This document shows, piece by piece, positions 49,641 through 58,545 of a stretch of DNA of 59,409 nt (positions are counted from its first letter, which is position 1; the number at the start of each line of letters is the position of its first letter). The stretch comes from an uncultured Geobacter sp. (lineage in GTDB: Bacteria > Desulfobacterota > Desulfuromonadia > Geobacterales > DSM-12255): NCBI GenBank assembly GCA_964432205.1, contig CAYSMK010000032.1:1-59409 (forward strand), read 5' to 3'. A model generated the notes under the pieces. It did no database searches and had not been told where the DNA came from. It was given only the letters and a program-made list of their open reading frames with translations. The position numbers and the translations under genes were made by a program.

Positions 49641-51551
49641 ATGAAATTTCTGATTAAAGGCATAACTCTGCTTCTGCCGGTCCTGCTCTTCTGCGGCTTC
49701 ACCTGGGGCAAGGCGCCGGCTGAGAAATGCGATGAGGCCAAGAAACTGGCCACGACACTGACGAACGTCGATGTCAAGAAACGACTGGAAACCGAAGCGC
49801 GCATCCAGGAGCTCTGCAGCGACGGGGCAGCCGGTCACTATGCCAGGGGGTTCGGTTTCGAGCAGGCCGGTAACAGTGAACGGGCCATTGCCGAGTATCG
49901 TGAGGCGTTGCGTCTCGACCCCGAATTTTTCCCCGCCAACGGCCGCATAGGCCTGTTGCTCCTCCAACAGTCCAATCAGGATGAAGCTGCCACCGAGCTC
50001 ACCAGGGGACTGAGGGGGAGAAGCAACCCGGAGTATCACAGAGGATTGGCCCGGATCTTCAGCGACAAGAAGCTGTACTCCCTTGCCCTGCACCATTACC
50101 AGGAAGCAAGCGTCGCCTATCCTGCAGATCCCCTTCTTCTGATCGGCATGGCCGAAACATACCGCGCAAGCGGCATGCTCTCCAAGGCAGCCGACGCATA
50201 CCGCAAAGCACTGACCGTGGCACCGGGAAATGAACAGGCCCTCCTGGGCCTTGCCGACACCTACCGGGACCAGGAGCAGTACGACCTGGCCCTGGCCGAA
50301 CTGAAAAAGGCGGAGACCGCCAACCCGCACAGCAAGGAGATTCATCGGCGCCTGGCCGAGGTCCTGGTTCACAAGGGGGACAAGAAAGGGGCCGAGTACG
50401 AATTCCTCCTGGCGGGCGTGCCGGTAACGCCACCTGCTTCGAACCAGCCCGATGATCTGCTGAAGAGCGGCAATGAGTACATGAAGGCCCGCGACTTCGA
50501 AAAGGCGGCTCAATCGTTCAAGTCCGTCGTCACCGCACGCCCCGACTCGGCCGAGGCCCACCAGCTGCTCGGCGCGGCGCTGGCTGCCGCAGGACGCGAC
50601 GATGAGGCCATCGCCGCTTACAAGGATGCGGTCCGGCTCAAGGACCAGAGCGCCGAACTCCACCTCGGGCTGGGAAAGCTCTATGAAAAAAAGGCGTTTC
50701 TCGACGAGGCCGTGGTCGAATACCGGCGGGTCATCGGTATCACCCCCCTGAATGCGGACGCCCGCCGCCGGCTGGCGGATATCTATACGCTGCGCGGCAC
50801 CCATGTCCAGGCAATTGACCAGTACAAGGAACTGCTCAAGACCCGGGCCGACAATCCGGTCGTCCACTTCAAGCTGGCCCAGGCTTACGTGAACAACAAA
50901 CAGTACCGGGAGGCCCAGGAGGCATACAGAGAGTCACTCAAACTCGACCCCGACAATATCGAGGCCCATCGGGAACTGGCAGGCCTGCTGCGGCGCAGCA
51001 ACACGCTGGACGAGGCCGCGAAGCAGTACAAAGAGGTGCTGCGCCTGAAGAAGGATGACCAGGACGCCCGTACGGCTCTCACCTCGATCTACGTAAAGAC
51101 CAAGAACTATGAACCGCTGATCGCCCTCTTGAAGGAATCGGCAGAACTATCTCCCGCCGATCCCAACAACCAGTACAAACTGGGCCTGGTGTATGAATTC
51201 AACAAGGATTACGACAACGCGGCAACAAGCTACCAAGAGGCGGTGAAGCTCAAGGATGATCACGCCAAGGCCCTGAACGCCCTCGGCCGGGTGTACATGA
51301 AAACCGGCCGCATCCAGGAAGCGAAGGTAGCCCTGGAAAAGGCCAAGCAGGCCGATCCGAACCTGGAGGAAACTACCCTGCTCCTGAGCAACATCAAGGA
51401 TGAACTTTCACCCGAGCCCAGGAAGTACACGAAGTCCAAAAAGGGGAAGAAGGGGAAAAAGGCGAAGGTCTCGAAAAAGGGGAGCAAGAAGGGTTCGAAG
51501 AAAAGCTCAGCAGGCAAGAAACAGAAGAAGGGGAAGAAGTCGAATCAGTAG
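49641..51551 (+). CDS. TPR-repeat lipoprotein with C-terminal poly-lysine tail
   Basis: Signal peptide plus Cys. About 14 TPR units (AxxxxxA/YxxAL patterns). C-terminal tail KSKKGKKGKKAKVSKKGSKKGSKKSSAGKKQKKGKKSNQ. Confidence 0.8.
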   Translation: MKFLIKGITLLLPVLLFCGFTWGKAPAEKCDEAKKLATTLTNVDVKKRLETEARIQELCSDGAAGHYARGFGFEQAGNSERAIAEYREALRLDPEFFPANGRIGLLLLQQSNQDEAATELTRGLRGRSNPEYHRGLARIFSDKKLYSLALHHYQEASVAYPADPLLLIGMAETYRASGMLSKAADAYRKALTVAPGNEQALLGLADTYRDQEQYDLALAELKKAETANPHSKEIHRRLAEVLVHKGDKKGAEYEFLLAGVPVTPPASNQPDDLLKSGNEYMKARDFEKAAQSFKSVVTARPDSAEAHQLLGAALAAAGRDDEAIAAYKDAVRLKDQSAELHLGLGKLYEKKAFLDEAVVEYRRVIGITPLNADARRRLADIYTLRGTHVQAIDQYKELLKTRADNPVVHFKLAQAYVNNKQYREAQEAYRESLKLDPDNIEAHRELAGLLRRSNTLDEAAKQYKEVLRLKKDDQDARTALTSIYVKTKNYEPLIALLKESAELSPADPNNQYKLGLVYEFNKDYDNAATSYQEAVKLKDDHAKALNALGRVYMKTGRIQEAKVALEKAKQADPNLEETTLLLSNIKDELSPEPRKYTKSKKGKKGKKAKVSKKGSKKGSKKSSAGKKQKKGKKSNQ

Positions 51552-51788
51552 GTGCGCGGCGCACTAAGGGGTGCGAGCCATTCATCGCCCCGACCGATGT
51601 GGCATGACCTCACCTCGCCATCTTCCCGGAACTGGAACTGCCGCTCAGGGAAATTTTCGGCCGGGAGTTGTCGGAAGGGAAGGAACTGCCGCCCGGCCTG
51701 TGACGTAGTTGACAGCGGAATGTCAAATCGCCTTCGTAGTGTCGGGACGTAAAAGAGCGGGTATTGGGAGATTGTTACTGCTTGAATT

Positions 51789-52264
51789 TTGTCTCGTGTC
51801 AGAGGCTGCCCCTTTGGGCTGATCGTAATTGATGTTATCGAAGTATTGACCGGAAGTGACAGTCCACGCAAGTACTGGAACGACCTGAAGAAAAAGCTTG
51901 ATTCGGAAGGCTATGTTGAAGTGTCCGATAAAATCGGACAGTTGAAAATGCTCGCCCCCGACGGCAAGATGCGTCTCACCGATTGCGCCAATATCGAGGC
52001 CATGTTCCGTATCATCCAGTCCATCCCTTCACACAAAGTGGAACCCCTGAAACGCTGGCTGGCCAAGATGGGCAAGGAGCGGATCGACGAGATCGACTAC
52101 AAGGGCGCCAGCAAGGGGGTCCCTACCTCCTTTGCCGTTCTCCGCGCCCTCCGCGTCTCCTCGTGACCCATGTTTTGGCCTCCAGGGATATTGAGAGACG
52201 GTCGGGCAAGCCGGTGGTGACGGGTGAGAATTTCAAAAGGCTGACGGCGGAGGGGCTTGGATAA
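51789..52264 (+). pseudogene. truncated copy of the downstream DinD/Bro-N gene (N-terminal piece plus out-of-frame C-terminal tail)
   Basis: 51789-52166 encodes a Bro-N-like piece about 75% identical to residues about 30-140 of the 52340 gene. The last about 70 nt reproduce that gene's C-terminal tail (DIERRSGKPVVTGENFK) in a different frame. The middle about 650 nt and the 5' end are missing. Confidence 0.55.
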
Positions 52265-52339
52265 TTGCAACAGAACAAGCCTGATGGTGCGGCGCGAGTT
52301 GCTAATCACGTTTTGGGTCGTTACAGGGAGCATGAAGTC

Positions 52340-53185
52340 ATGACGAAAAATGAGATCATCCGGGTGGCAGTTTTTGAGGGAAAACATATTCGTAAAATCT
52401 TACACGAAGGCGAATGGTGGTTTTCCGTCATCGATATTATCGAAGTATTGACCGGCAGCAGTATTCCGAAACGTTATTGGAGCGATCTCAAGAAAAAGCT
52501 TGTAGCTGAAGGGTTTACTGAAACGTACGAAAAAATCGTACGGTTGAAAATGCTTGCCCCCGACGGCAAGATGCGTCTTACCGATTGCGCCAATACCGAG
52601 ACCATGTTCCGTATCATCCAGTCCATCCCTTCCCCCAAAGTGGAACCCCTGAAACGCTGGCTGGCCAAGGTGGGCAAGGAGCGGATCGACGAGATCGAAA
52701 ACCCGGAACTCTCCATGGAACGGATGAAGTCCCTCTACGAGAAGAAGGGCTATCCAAAGGATTGGATCGACAAGCGGATGCGGGGGATTGCCGTCCGGCA
52801 GGACCTGACCGACGAATGGCAGAACCGTGGCGCCAGGACCAGCCTGGAGTATGCGATACTGACCAATGAGATCATGCAGGGGGCGTTTGACCTGAAGGTG
52901 GAGGATTACAAGCAGGTCAAGGGATTGGAGCGGGAAAACCTGCGCGATCATATGACCGACATCGAGTTGATCCTGACCATGCTGGCTGAGGCCACGACTA
53001 CCAAACTCCACCGGGATCGGGATTCGCAGGGGTTTGAGCCGCTGAAGAAGGATGCCCAGGAGGGGGGAGCCGTGGCCGGCAGTACGCGCAAGGATATTGA
53101 GAGGCGGTCGGGTAAGCCGGTGGTGACGGGTGAGAATTTTAAGGTGTTGACGGGGAAAGAGCGGAAGAAGCCGGAAATTGGGTAA
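52340..53185 (+). CDS. DinD-like (DNA-damage-inducible protein D family) protein with N-terminal Bro-N domain
   Basis: N-terminus MTKNEIIRVAVFEGKHIRKILHEGEWWFSVIDIIEVLTGS is Bro-N-like. The middle and C-terminus (VRQDLTDEWQNRGARTSLEYAILTNEIMQGAF...HMTDIELILTMLAEATT) parallel E. coli DinD (AAQQAGVATATDFAIFQNRGYQGLYGG...HMGSTELAANLFRATQT). AGGGAG RBS before the ATG at 52340. Confidence 0.7.
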   Translation: MTKNEIIRVAVFEGKHIRKILHEGEWWFSVIDIIEVLTGSSIPKRYWSDLKKKLVAEGFTETYEKIVRLKMLAPDGKMRLTDCANTETMFRIIQSIPSPKVEPLKRWLAKVGKERIDEIENPELSMERMKSLYEKKGYPKDWIDKRMRGIAVRQDLTDEWQNRGARTSLEYAILTNEIMQGAFDLKVEDYKQVKGLERENLRDHMTDIELILTMLAEATTTKLHRDRDSQGFEPLKKDAQEGGAVAGSTRKDIERRSGKPVVTGENFKVLTGKERKKPEIG

Positions 53186-53259
53186 GGTTTGGAGAAGTGC
53201 AAAGGATCTTTTGATACTCCGCCAACTCATCAATAGAAAATAGATAACAGCGTCCCGCC
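53173..53259. repeat. 87-bp direct repeat, copy A (overlaps the DinD-like stop codon)
   Basis: GGAAATTGGGTAAGGTTTGGAGAAGTGCAAAGGATCTTTTGATACTCCGCCAACTCATCAATAGAAAATAGATAACAGCGTCCCGCC. About 93% identical to copy B. Confidence 0.85.
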
Positions 53260-53379
53260 AGCCCCCCAATTTCTGCCACAGCTCACCTGGGTGAACTGGA
53301 TGACCATCGAAGGCAAAACATTTCATTTGGACGCATGCAAAACTTTCAATCATCCGCAATTTAATTTACAATTGGACGC

Positions 53380-53652
53380 ATGACTGACAGATCATTATAT
53401 ACTCGTTTCGTACAAACTCGACTGATTGAGGCGCTGGCGGATACACCGGTTGTGCTGGTGCATGGCCCCCGTCAGTGCGGCAAGACTACCCTGGCTCGGA
53501 TAATTGGTGACGCGGCCGGCTATGCCTATGTCACCTTCGATGACGATGTCCTTCGAGCGGCGGCCAAGGCCGATCCGGTCGGATTCGTGGGCGATCTGCG
53601 GGAAAAGGCAGGAAATTGGGTAAGGTTTGGAGAAGTGGAAAGGATGTTTTGA
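53380..53652 (+). pseudogene. 5' fragment of an AAA ATPase (AAA_14/DUF4143-type) gene, truncated inside repeat copy B
   Basis: P-loop VLVHGPRQCGKTTLARI. Only 90 aa. The reading frame terminates inside the 87-bp repeat. Upstream direct repeats TTGGACGCATG (x2, about 53 bp apart) look operator-like. Confidence 0.55.
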
Positions 53653-53698
53653 TACACCGCCAACTCATCAATAGAAAAATAGATAACAGCATCCCGCC
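53611..53698. repeat. 87-bp direct repeat, copy B
   Basis: See copy A. Lies between the truncated AAA gene (plus strand) and a truncated XRE-HTH fragment (minus strand). Confidence 0.85.
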
Positions 53699-53804
53699 GT
53701 GGCTTCCCCTTCCGGCACTGAGAAGAATATCCAGGGGGCACCGTCGCCAGCTCCCCCTGGGTCCATCCCCGTTCCGTGCGGAGCCGTCTCAGGTTCTGTC
53801 CCAT
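53699..53804 (-). pseudogene. XRE-family HTH gene fragment
   Basis: MGQNLRRLRTERGWTQGELA is a canonical XRE HTH start. The frame then runs into the repeat copy and loses all domain character. Confidence 0.35.
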
Positions 53805-54021
53805 GCATACCCCGCGTCACGCGCATGATCCTGGAACAGCTGGAAACCATGCCGGAATATTAGCAACTGCGGTTGCTGGCCGAGATAGTGGAGAGAAGAA
53901 TGAAGATGTTGGAGGCCCTACTGGAAGAGAAGTCCCTGAAAGAAGAGACGGGACATGCCGTTCGATGAAAAACAACGCCAACGCATGGAACCCACGGGTG
54001 TGAGGGACAACGGCTGGAAGG

Positions 54022-54723
54022 TCAGAACCAGGCCCTACCCTCAACGACGGCCAAAACTTCGCCGCGAGCCCTTTCAACCCTTACGGTCATGGACACAGGA
54101 TCAAAAGCGTAGGTCAGGTAGTACGCAAGGCGGGGGTTGCTCAAGACGGCAGGATTGAAAATGGCCACCGTGGTACCGTGGCACCTGGCTGAGCGGGCAA
54201 GCAGGCCGGGGTGCCCTTCTGTCTTCATTCTACGGCCCACCTGTTGCGTGAAGTGGTATTCCGGGGCCACCAGTAGCGGAAACGCGTTGCATTTGCCGGT
54301 CAGATCGAAAAGGACCGCATTACAACATACCCAGTATACCGCCCTTTCCCGGACAACGATTTCGTCGAGACCGGCCACGCCGAGCTCCGCCTTCATCATG
54401 TGGTAGGCAGTCTCATGGATCGTTGTTTCTCCCTCCAACGCCCCGTACCAAACCCCAAACGTCCCGTCGCTGAACCGCGAAAGCATGAAAGGTTGCGTCT
54501 CGAAAGGATAGCCGATGGCGGTGGAATAGGCGTACCCCCGGTTGATAAGGCCGGCCGGCAGGTTTCTCTTGACGTGGGCTTCAAGCTCAACGGCAGTTCT
54601 CGAAAGCTCTTCGTCCCCGGCGGTCAGATCGTCAAACAGGTCCTGGGCGGTGCGAAGAGAAACGATATTCCGATAGACATCCTCGGAAACGTCGCGCGCA
54701 ACATCGTATAATGCCGGCATCAC
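54022..54723 (-). CDS. RES-domain toxin (MbcT/ParT/Res-type NAD+-targeting toxin)
   Basis: SRFSDGTFGVWYGALEGETTIHETAYH fits the RES core (R...G.fGvlY.a...etAl.E). 233 aa. Overlaps the upstream antitoxin gene by 4 nt. Confidence 0.75.
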   Translation of the reverse strand: MMPALYDVARDVSEDVYRNIVSLRTAQDLFDDLTAGDEELSRTAVELEAHVKRNLPAGLINRGYAYSTAIGYPFETQPFMLSRFSDGTFGVWYGALEGETTIHETAYHMMKAELGVAGLDEIVVRERAVYWVCCNAVLFDLTGKCNAFPLLVAPEYHFTQQVGRRMKTEGHPGLLARSARCHGTTVAIFNPAVLSNPRLAYYLTYAFDPVSMTVRVERARGEVLAVVEGRAWF

Positions 54724-55127
54724 AGGCCCCGCTGGAGATCGAGGTAGCGTGAAACCTTGGCTATACCTATGATCCCCTGGTCCAGCATCAGATCGAGCGG
54801 TCTCAGATTATCCAGGGCCTGGTTTCGCCGGCTGACCCAGGAGTAACGAAGGGCCTCATTCTGGGGGTAGAGAAGCCGCAGGGCCTTATGGATGGACAAG
54901 AGCCACCCCACCCGGTCCTGAACATCCCTCGACAGAGGTAACGGCTCACCCTTGCGATACTTCGTCAGGAGTGCCCTGCTGGTTTCGCTGAGACCCAAAA
55001 GGTTCAGCTGTTCGGCGGTCGGCAGCTGCCAGAGCTCGAACAGCCGGGTAACCAACCTGGCCATCTTCCCTCGTTCTACAGGAGTGGATAGGTCAATATC
55101 GAGCGGCTTTGCCAGAACGTGCGCCAT
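54720..55127 (-). CDS. Xre-like/DUF2384 antitoxin (MbcA/ParS/PrsA-type) partner of the RES toxin
   Basis: 135 aa. C-terminal toxin-binding module pattern (WLLSIHKALRLLYPQNEALRYSWVSRRNQALDNLRPLDLM...GI). Genetic organisation antitoxin then toxin. Confidence 0.75.
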   Translation of the reverse strand: MAHVLAKPLDIDLSTPVERGKMARLVTRLFELWQLPTAEQLNLLGLSETSRALLTKYRKGEPLPLSRDVQDRVGWLLSIHKALRLLYPQNEALRYSWVSRRNQALDNLRPLDLMLDQGIIGIAKVSRYLDLQRGL

Positions 55128-55284
55128 GACAGATCTCCTCTCAGCCCTGGATCAAATATAAACACAAAATGTTTATATGTCAACACATGTGACCTGGAGG
55201 GGGAATACTGGCACGTCAGGTACAACAAGAAAAGAGGCCGGGTTTCCCCGGCCTCTTTTCTTGTTTTCGCCCAGATGATTTTTG

Positions 55285-55743
55285 TTAGGAAGCTTCTTCT
55301 TCGGTCTCCGTCAGGGAAATGATCCGCACCTTCGTCATCCCCTTGCCGAGAAAACGGAGCTCCCTGGCCGCTGCTTGCGATAGGTCGATATGACTCGACT
55401 TTCTCTTGCGGCAACGGTCATTGATGGTAACAACAACCTCCCGATCATTGGTCAGGTTGACCACCTTGACCTTGCTTCCCATCGGCAGGGTTGCATGGGC
55501 CGCCGTCAGCTTCTGCGGATTGTAGCGCGCCCCGGAATATGTCCGCCGTCCATTGTACTTCCTGGCGTAGTAAGTGGCGGTCCCTGCCACGCCTTTGGCC
55601 GCTTCCCTTGATTCTACGGCCGGTCCTTCTTGCAACGTCTTAGCCGGTTCTTCTGCCTGCAGGGGAAGTGTGTGGAACGCAAGGAACAGCTGGCAAATCA
55701 CCAACATGAGCGCCAGTCTGCCCCCCAAGTTCTGTTGCGCCAT
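55285..55743 (-). CDS. RlpA-like double-psi beta-barrel (DPBB) lipoprotein
   Basis: GTATYYARKYNGRRTYSGARYNPQKLTAAHATLPMGSKVKVVNLTNDREVVVTINDR matches RlpA DPBB (GxASWYG..fHGr.TAsGE.y....lTAAH.tLPlgT.vrVtNl.NgrsvvVrINDRGP). Confidence 0.75.
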   Translation of the reverse strand: MAQQNLGGRLALMLVICQLFLAFHTLPLQAEEPAKTLQEGPAVESREAAKGVAGTATYYARKYNGRRTYSGARYNPQKLTAAHATLPMGSKVKVVNLTNDREVVVTINDRCRKRKSSHIDLSQAAARELRFLGKGMTKVRIISLTETEEEAS

Positions 55744-55845
55744 GCGCACCTCCTTCTTGGGCGAGGCGTTCTTATAGCACAGGCGTCATGCAGGGGTCAA
55801 GAAAAAGGCGAGAAGCCAGGAGGGTTTACCTTGTGTTTCAATAAG

Positions 55846-57438
55846 TTACCCATCGCTGCCGGTCATCCGCTGCAACTGCTCGGTCAACTGTTTCAGCTCG
55901 GTCATGTCATGAATGGTGACCACCGTACCGGCAACCTCGCCTCCCTGGTCCCTGAACTGATACGGGTTCAGGACAAACCAGCGACCGGTCGGCTCATGGT
56001 ACAATTCCATGCTCTGGAGAAAAATCGTGCCGGTCGTCAATTCTTTACTGTACAGTAGCTCGGTCCAGTCGGCACCGATGATCTGGTCGTAGGGAATCTC
56101 CATGAACTCCTGAAAGGCCTTGTTGCAGCGTACGATCCTGCCCTGCCGGTCCCCCAGAATCACCATGTCGCCAATACAGTCCAGGGTGCGTTCCCATTCC
56201 TTCTTGGCCTGCTCCACCTGGGCGAAATAGCGCTTCAGCTCTTCATGATTCTGGTACAGCTTGACCTGGCTCCGGAGCAGTTCCTCCTCCAGCTGGCGCT
56301 TCTCGGTTATATCGTGGGCAACGACGATGAGACAGGCCTCCCCGCCGTATTCGATCACCTCCGCAGACCAGAGCATGGTCCTGATATCCCCGGACTTGAC
56401 CCGGAAGTGAACCTCCAGATTCCGCACCCGGCCGTACTCGTCCAGGAGCTTCAGCATGTTGGCCCGGTCCTTCGCGTCCTGCCAGATGCCGAGTTCGACC
56501 GATGTCCGGCCGATCACTTCGTCACGACTGTAACCGGTGATCTGCAGATACGATTCGTTCACCTCGATGTACCGTCCATCGGCGACCCGCGTGACCACGA
56601 TCCAGTCGGGGCTGTTGCGAAACGCCATGGAAAACTTTTCCTCCATCAGGCGCAGTGACGCCTCGGCCTTCCGGCGCGTGGTGATGTCCTGGATGGTACC
56701 GACCATGCGGGTCGGATACCCCACCCGGTCATACGTCACTTCCGCCTGACAGTCCACATAGCGCTCTTCGCCGTTCGCCAGGGTAACCCGGTACTCGACC
56801 TGGTAAGGCTTTCGCTCGTAGAGCGCCTCATTGATCGCTCGATTGACCTGAAGCTTGTCGTCCTGGTGCACGAAGCCGAGAAACGCCTCGTAGGTGGGTG
56901 AAAAGTCGCCCGGGCGCAGACCAAAGATCCTGAAAACCTCATCAGACCAGTGGAGTTCACCGGTGGCGACATTCCAGTCCCAGTTGCCCAGGTGGGCAAT
57001 TCGCTGGGCCTTGACCAACCCCTCTTCGCTGCGCCGCAGTGCCTCTCCCTGGCGCCGCCGTTCCATGGCATAGCGGATCATGCGCTGCAAACCGGCCGGC
57101 GTGATATCGGCCAGGATCAGGTAGTCGGCAGCTCCGGCCTTCAGGGCATCCAGATCGTGCCCGCTCTCCTCCCTGCTCGCCACAATGATGACCGGGACCA
57201 GCCCCCCCTGCTGCTGAATCTGTCGCATGAACTCGACGCCGTTCGTCCCTTTCAGGCGGTAGGCGATCAGGTACACGTCATGGGCAGCGCTGAGGAGCTT
57301 CTCCGGTGCCGAGGACAAATCATTGCACCAATCAAGGTCGTAGGCAAACCAGGTCACTCTGTCCAGCAACTGGACCAGGCAGTGGTGGTTGTCGGCGGAA
57401 TCGTCGATCAGCAGTATGTGAATCTTTTCGTTGTACAT
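55846..57438 (-). CDS. response regulator with three PAS domains and no enzymatic output domain
   Basis: REC (ILLIDDSADNHH...DVYLIAYRLKG) followed by three PAS/PAC-like modules. Confidence 0.8.
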   Translation of the reverse strand: MYNEKIHILLIDDSADNHHCLVQLLDRVTWFAYDLDWCNDLSSAPEKLLSAAHDVYLIAYRLKGTNGVEFMRQIQQQGGLVPVIIVASREESGHDLDALKAGAADYLILADITPAGLQRMIRYAMERRRQGEALRRSEEGLVKAQRIAHLGNWDWNVATGELHWSDEVFRIFGLRPGDFSPTYEAFLGFVHQDDKLQVNRAINEALYERKPYQVEYRVTLANGEERYVDCQAEVTYDRVGYPTRMVGTIQDITTRRKAEASLRLMEEKFSMAFRNSPDWIVVTRVADGRYIEVNESYLQITGYSRDEVIGRTSVELGIWQDAKDRANMLKLLDEYGRVRNLEVHFRVKSGDIRTMLWSAEVIEYGGEACLIVVAHDITEKRQLEEELLRSQVKLYQNHEELKRYFAQVEQAKKEWERTLDCIGDMVILGDRQGRIVRCNKAFQEFMEIPYDQIIGADWTELLYSKELTTGTIFLQSMELYHEPTGRWFVLNPYQFRDQGGEVAGTVVTIHDMTELKQLTEQLQRMTGSDG

Positions 57439-57445
57439 TTAAGTA

Positions 57446-57470
57446 GCTCGGGGCTCAGGGCTCGGGGTTA
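57446..57470. repeat. tandem heptamer repeat (GCTCGGG/GCTCAGG) x3
   Basis: GCTCGGGGCTCAGGGCTCGGGG between the RR gene start and the mqnD stop. Confidence 0.8.
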
Positions 57471-57486
57471 GGGGCAAGACTCTTCG

Positions 57487-58347
57487 TCACGGCTCGAACA
57501 GGTTGCCATCGAAGCGCGGCATCACCCCACGCTCCTCGGCCAGCCGGAGCAGTGTGGTTACGGCGGTTCGCCCCTCGTCGGCCAGATCGAGGGAGAACTC
57601 GTTCACATAGAGGCCGATGTGGGCCGCGCAGACCTCATCGGCCATCTCCTGGGCGTGGTCGCGGATATACGGCAACGCCGCCCGGGGATTGTCCCGGGCA
57701 TGGAGCAGGCTCGCCCGGATGGCAGCCTCGATGGTCCTGATCGTTTCGCCGCCCAGGGAACGCCGCGCCACGATCCCCCCCAGCGGGATCGGACAGCCGG
57801 AGGTCTCCTCCCACCAGGCACCGAGGTCCAGGAGCTGCACGAGACCCTGCTCCCGGTAGGTGAAGCGGGATTCGTGTATGATCACACCGGCCGCCACCGC
57901 TCCGCGCTCGACCATCCCCATGATCTCGTGAAACGGCACGAACAGGAGGTTGGCCAGGGATGGATCGAAGAGCCGCAGCAGCAGGCAGGCCGTGGTATAC
58001 CGCCCCGGCACGGCAATTGGCTTCCCCGCCAGCTCCGCCAGGGTCGTGCCCGGGCGTGCCACAATGAGCGGTCCGCAGCCGCGCCCCAACGCCCCCCCAG
58101 CCGACAGCAGGCAGTACCGGTCCCGCACATGACCGAGCAGATGGTAGGAGATCTTGCTCACATCCAGCTCCCCGGCCAGAATCAGCGCGTTCAGGGTCTC
58201 CACGTCCTCCAGCCGCTCATGGAAGGCAATGCCGGGACATGGCACCAACCCGTGCACCAGGGCATGGAAGATATAGGTATCGTTGGGACAGGGGGAGAAG
58301 CCTAACGTCAGGTTCCGGGCTCGGGGCTCGGGGCTCGGGGCGAGCAT
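57487..58347 (-). CDS. mqnD: 1,4-dihydroxy-6-naphthoate synthase (futalosine pathway)
   Basis: LTLGFSPCPNDTYIFHALVHG N-terminal signature of MqnD (MqnA/MqnD periplasmic-binding-like fold). Adjacent to mqnB. The N-terminal residues APSPEPRAR are encoded by the heptamer repeat, so the true start is uncertain. Confidence 0.75.
   Translation of the reverse strand: MLAPSPEPRARNLTLGFSPCPNDTYIFHALVHGLVPCPGIAFHERLEDVETLNALILAGELDVSKISYHLLGHVRDRYCLLSAGGALGRGCGPLIVARPGTTLAELAGKPIAVPGRYTTACLLLRLFDPSLANLLFVPFHEIMGMVERGAVAAGVIIHESRFTYREQGLVQLLDLGAWWEETSGCPIPLGGIVARRSLGGETIRTIEAAIRASLLHARDNPRAALPYIRDHAQEMADEVCAAHIGLYVNEFSLDLADEGRTAVTTLLRLAEERGVMPRFDGNLFEP
58311..58340. repeat. tandem heptamer repeat (GGGCTCG) x4
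   Basis: CCGGGCTCGGGGCTCGGGGCTCGGGGCGAGC. Same unit and orientation as the 57446 repeat, about 860 bp away, bracketing mqnD. Confidence 0.8.
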
Positions 58348-58545
58348 CAACATTTCCTCCTTCCTTAATCCGAGAGGCATGGGGGCTCGGTGGAGCGAAA
58401 CGCACGCGATTCCCGCGGCCGGTGGGCAACACCGCTCCTCTGGAGTGTGAGGTCAGCCACCGACCGTACATTCCGGCAAGAGGCCAAATCGCGGAAGTAT
58501 GAGCGGAAACGGGCCTCCGTGCCTCGCGCAGCCACGTCCTTGTCG

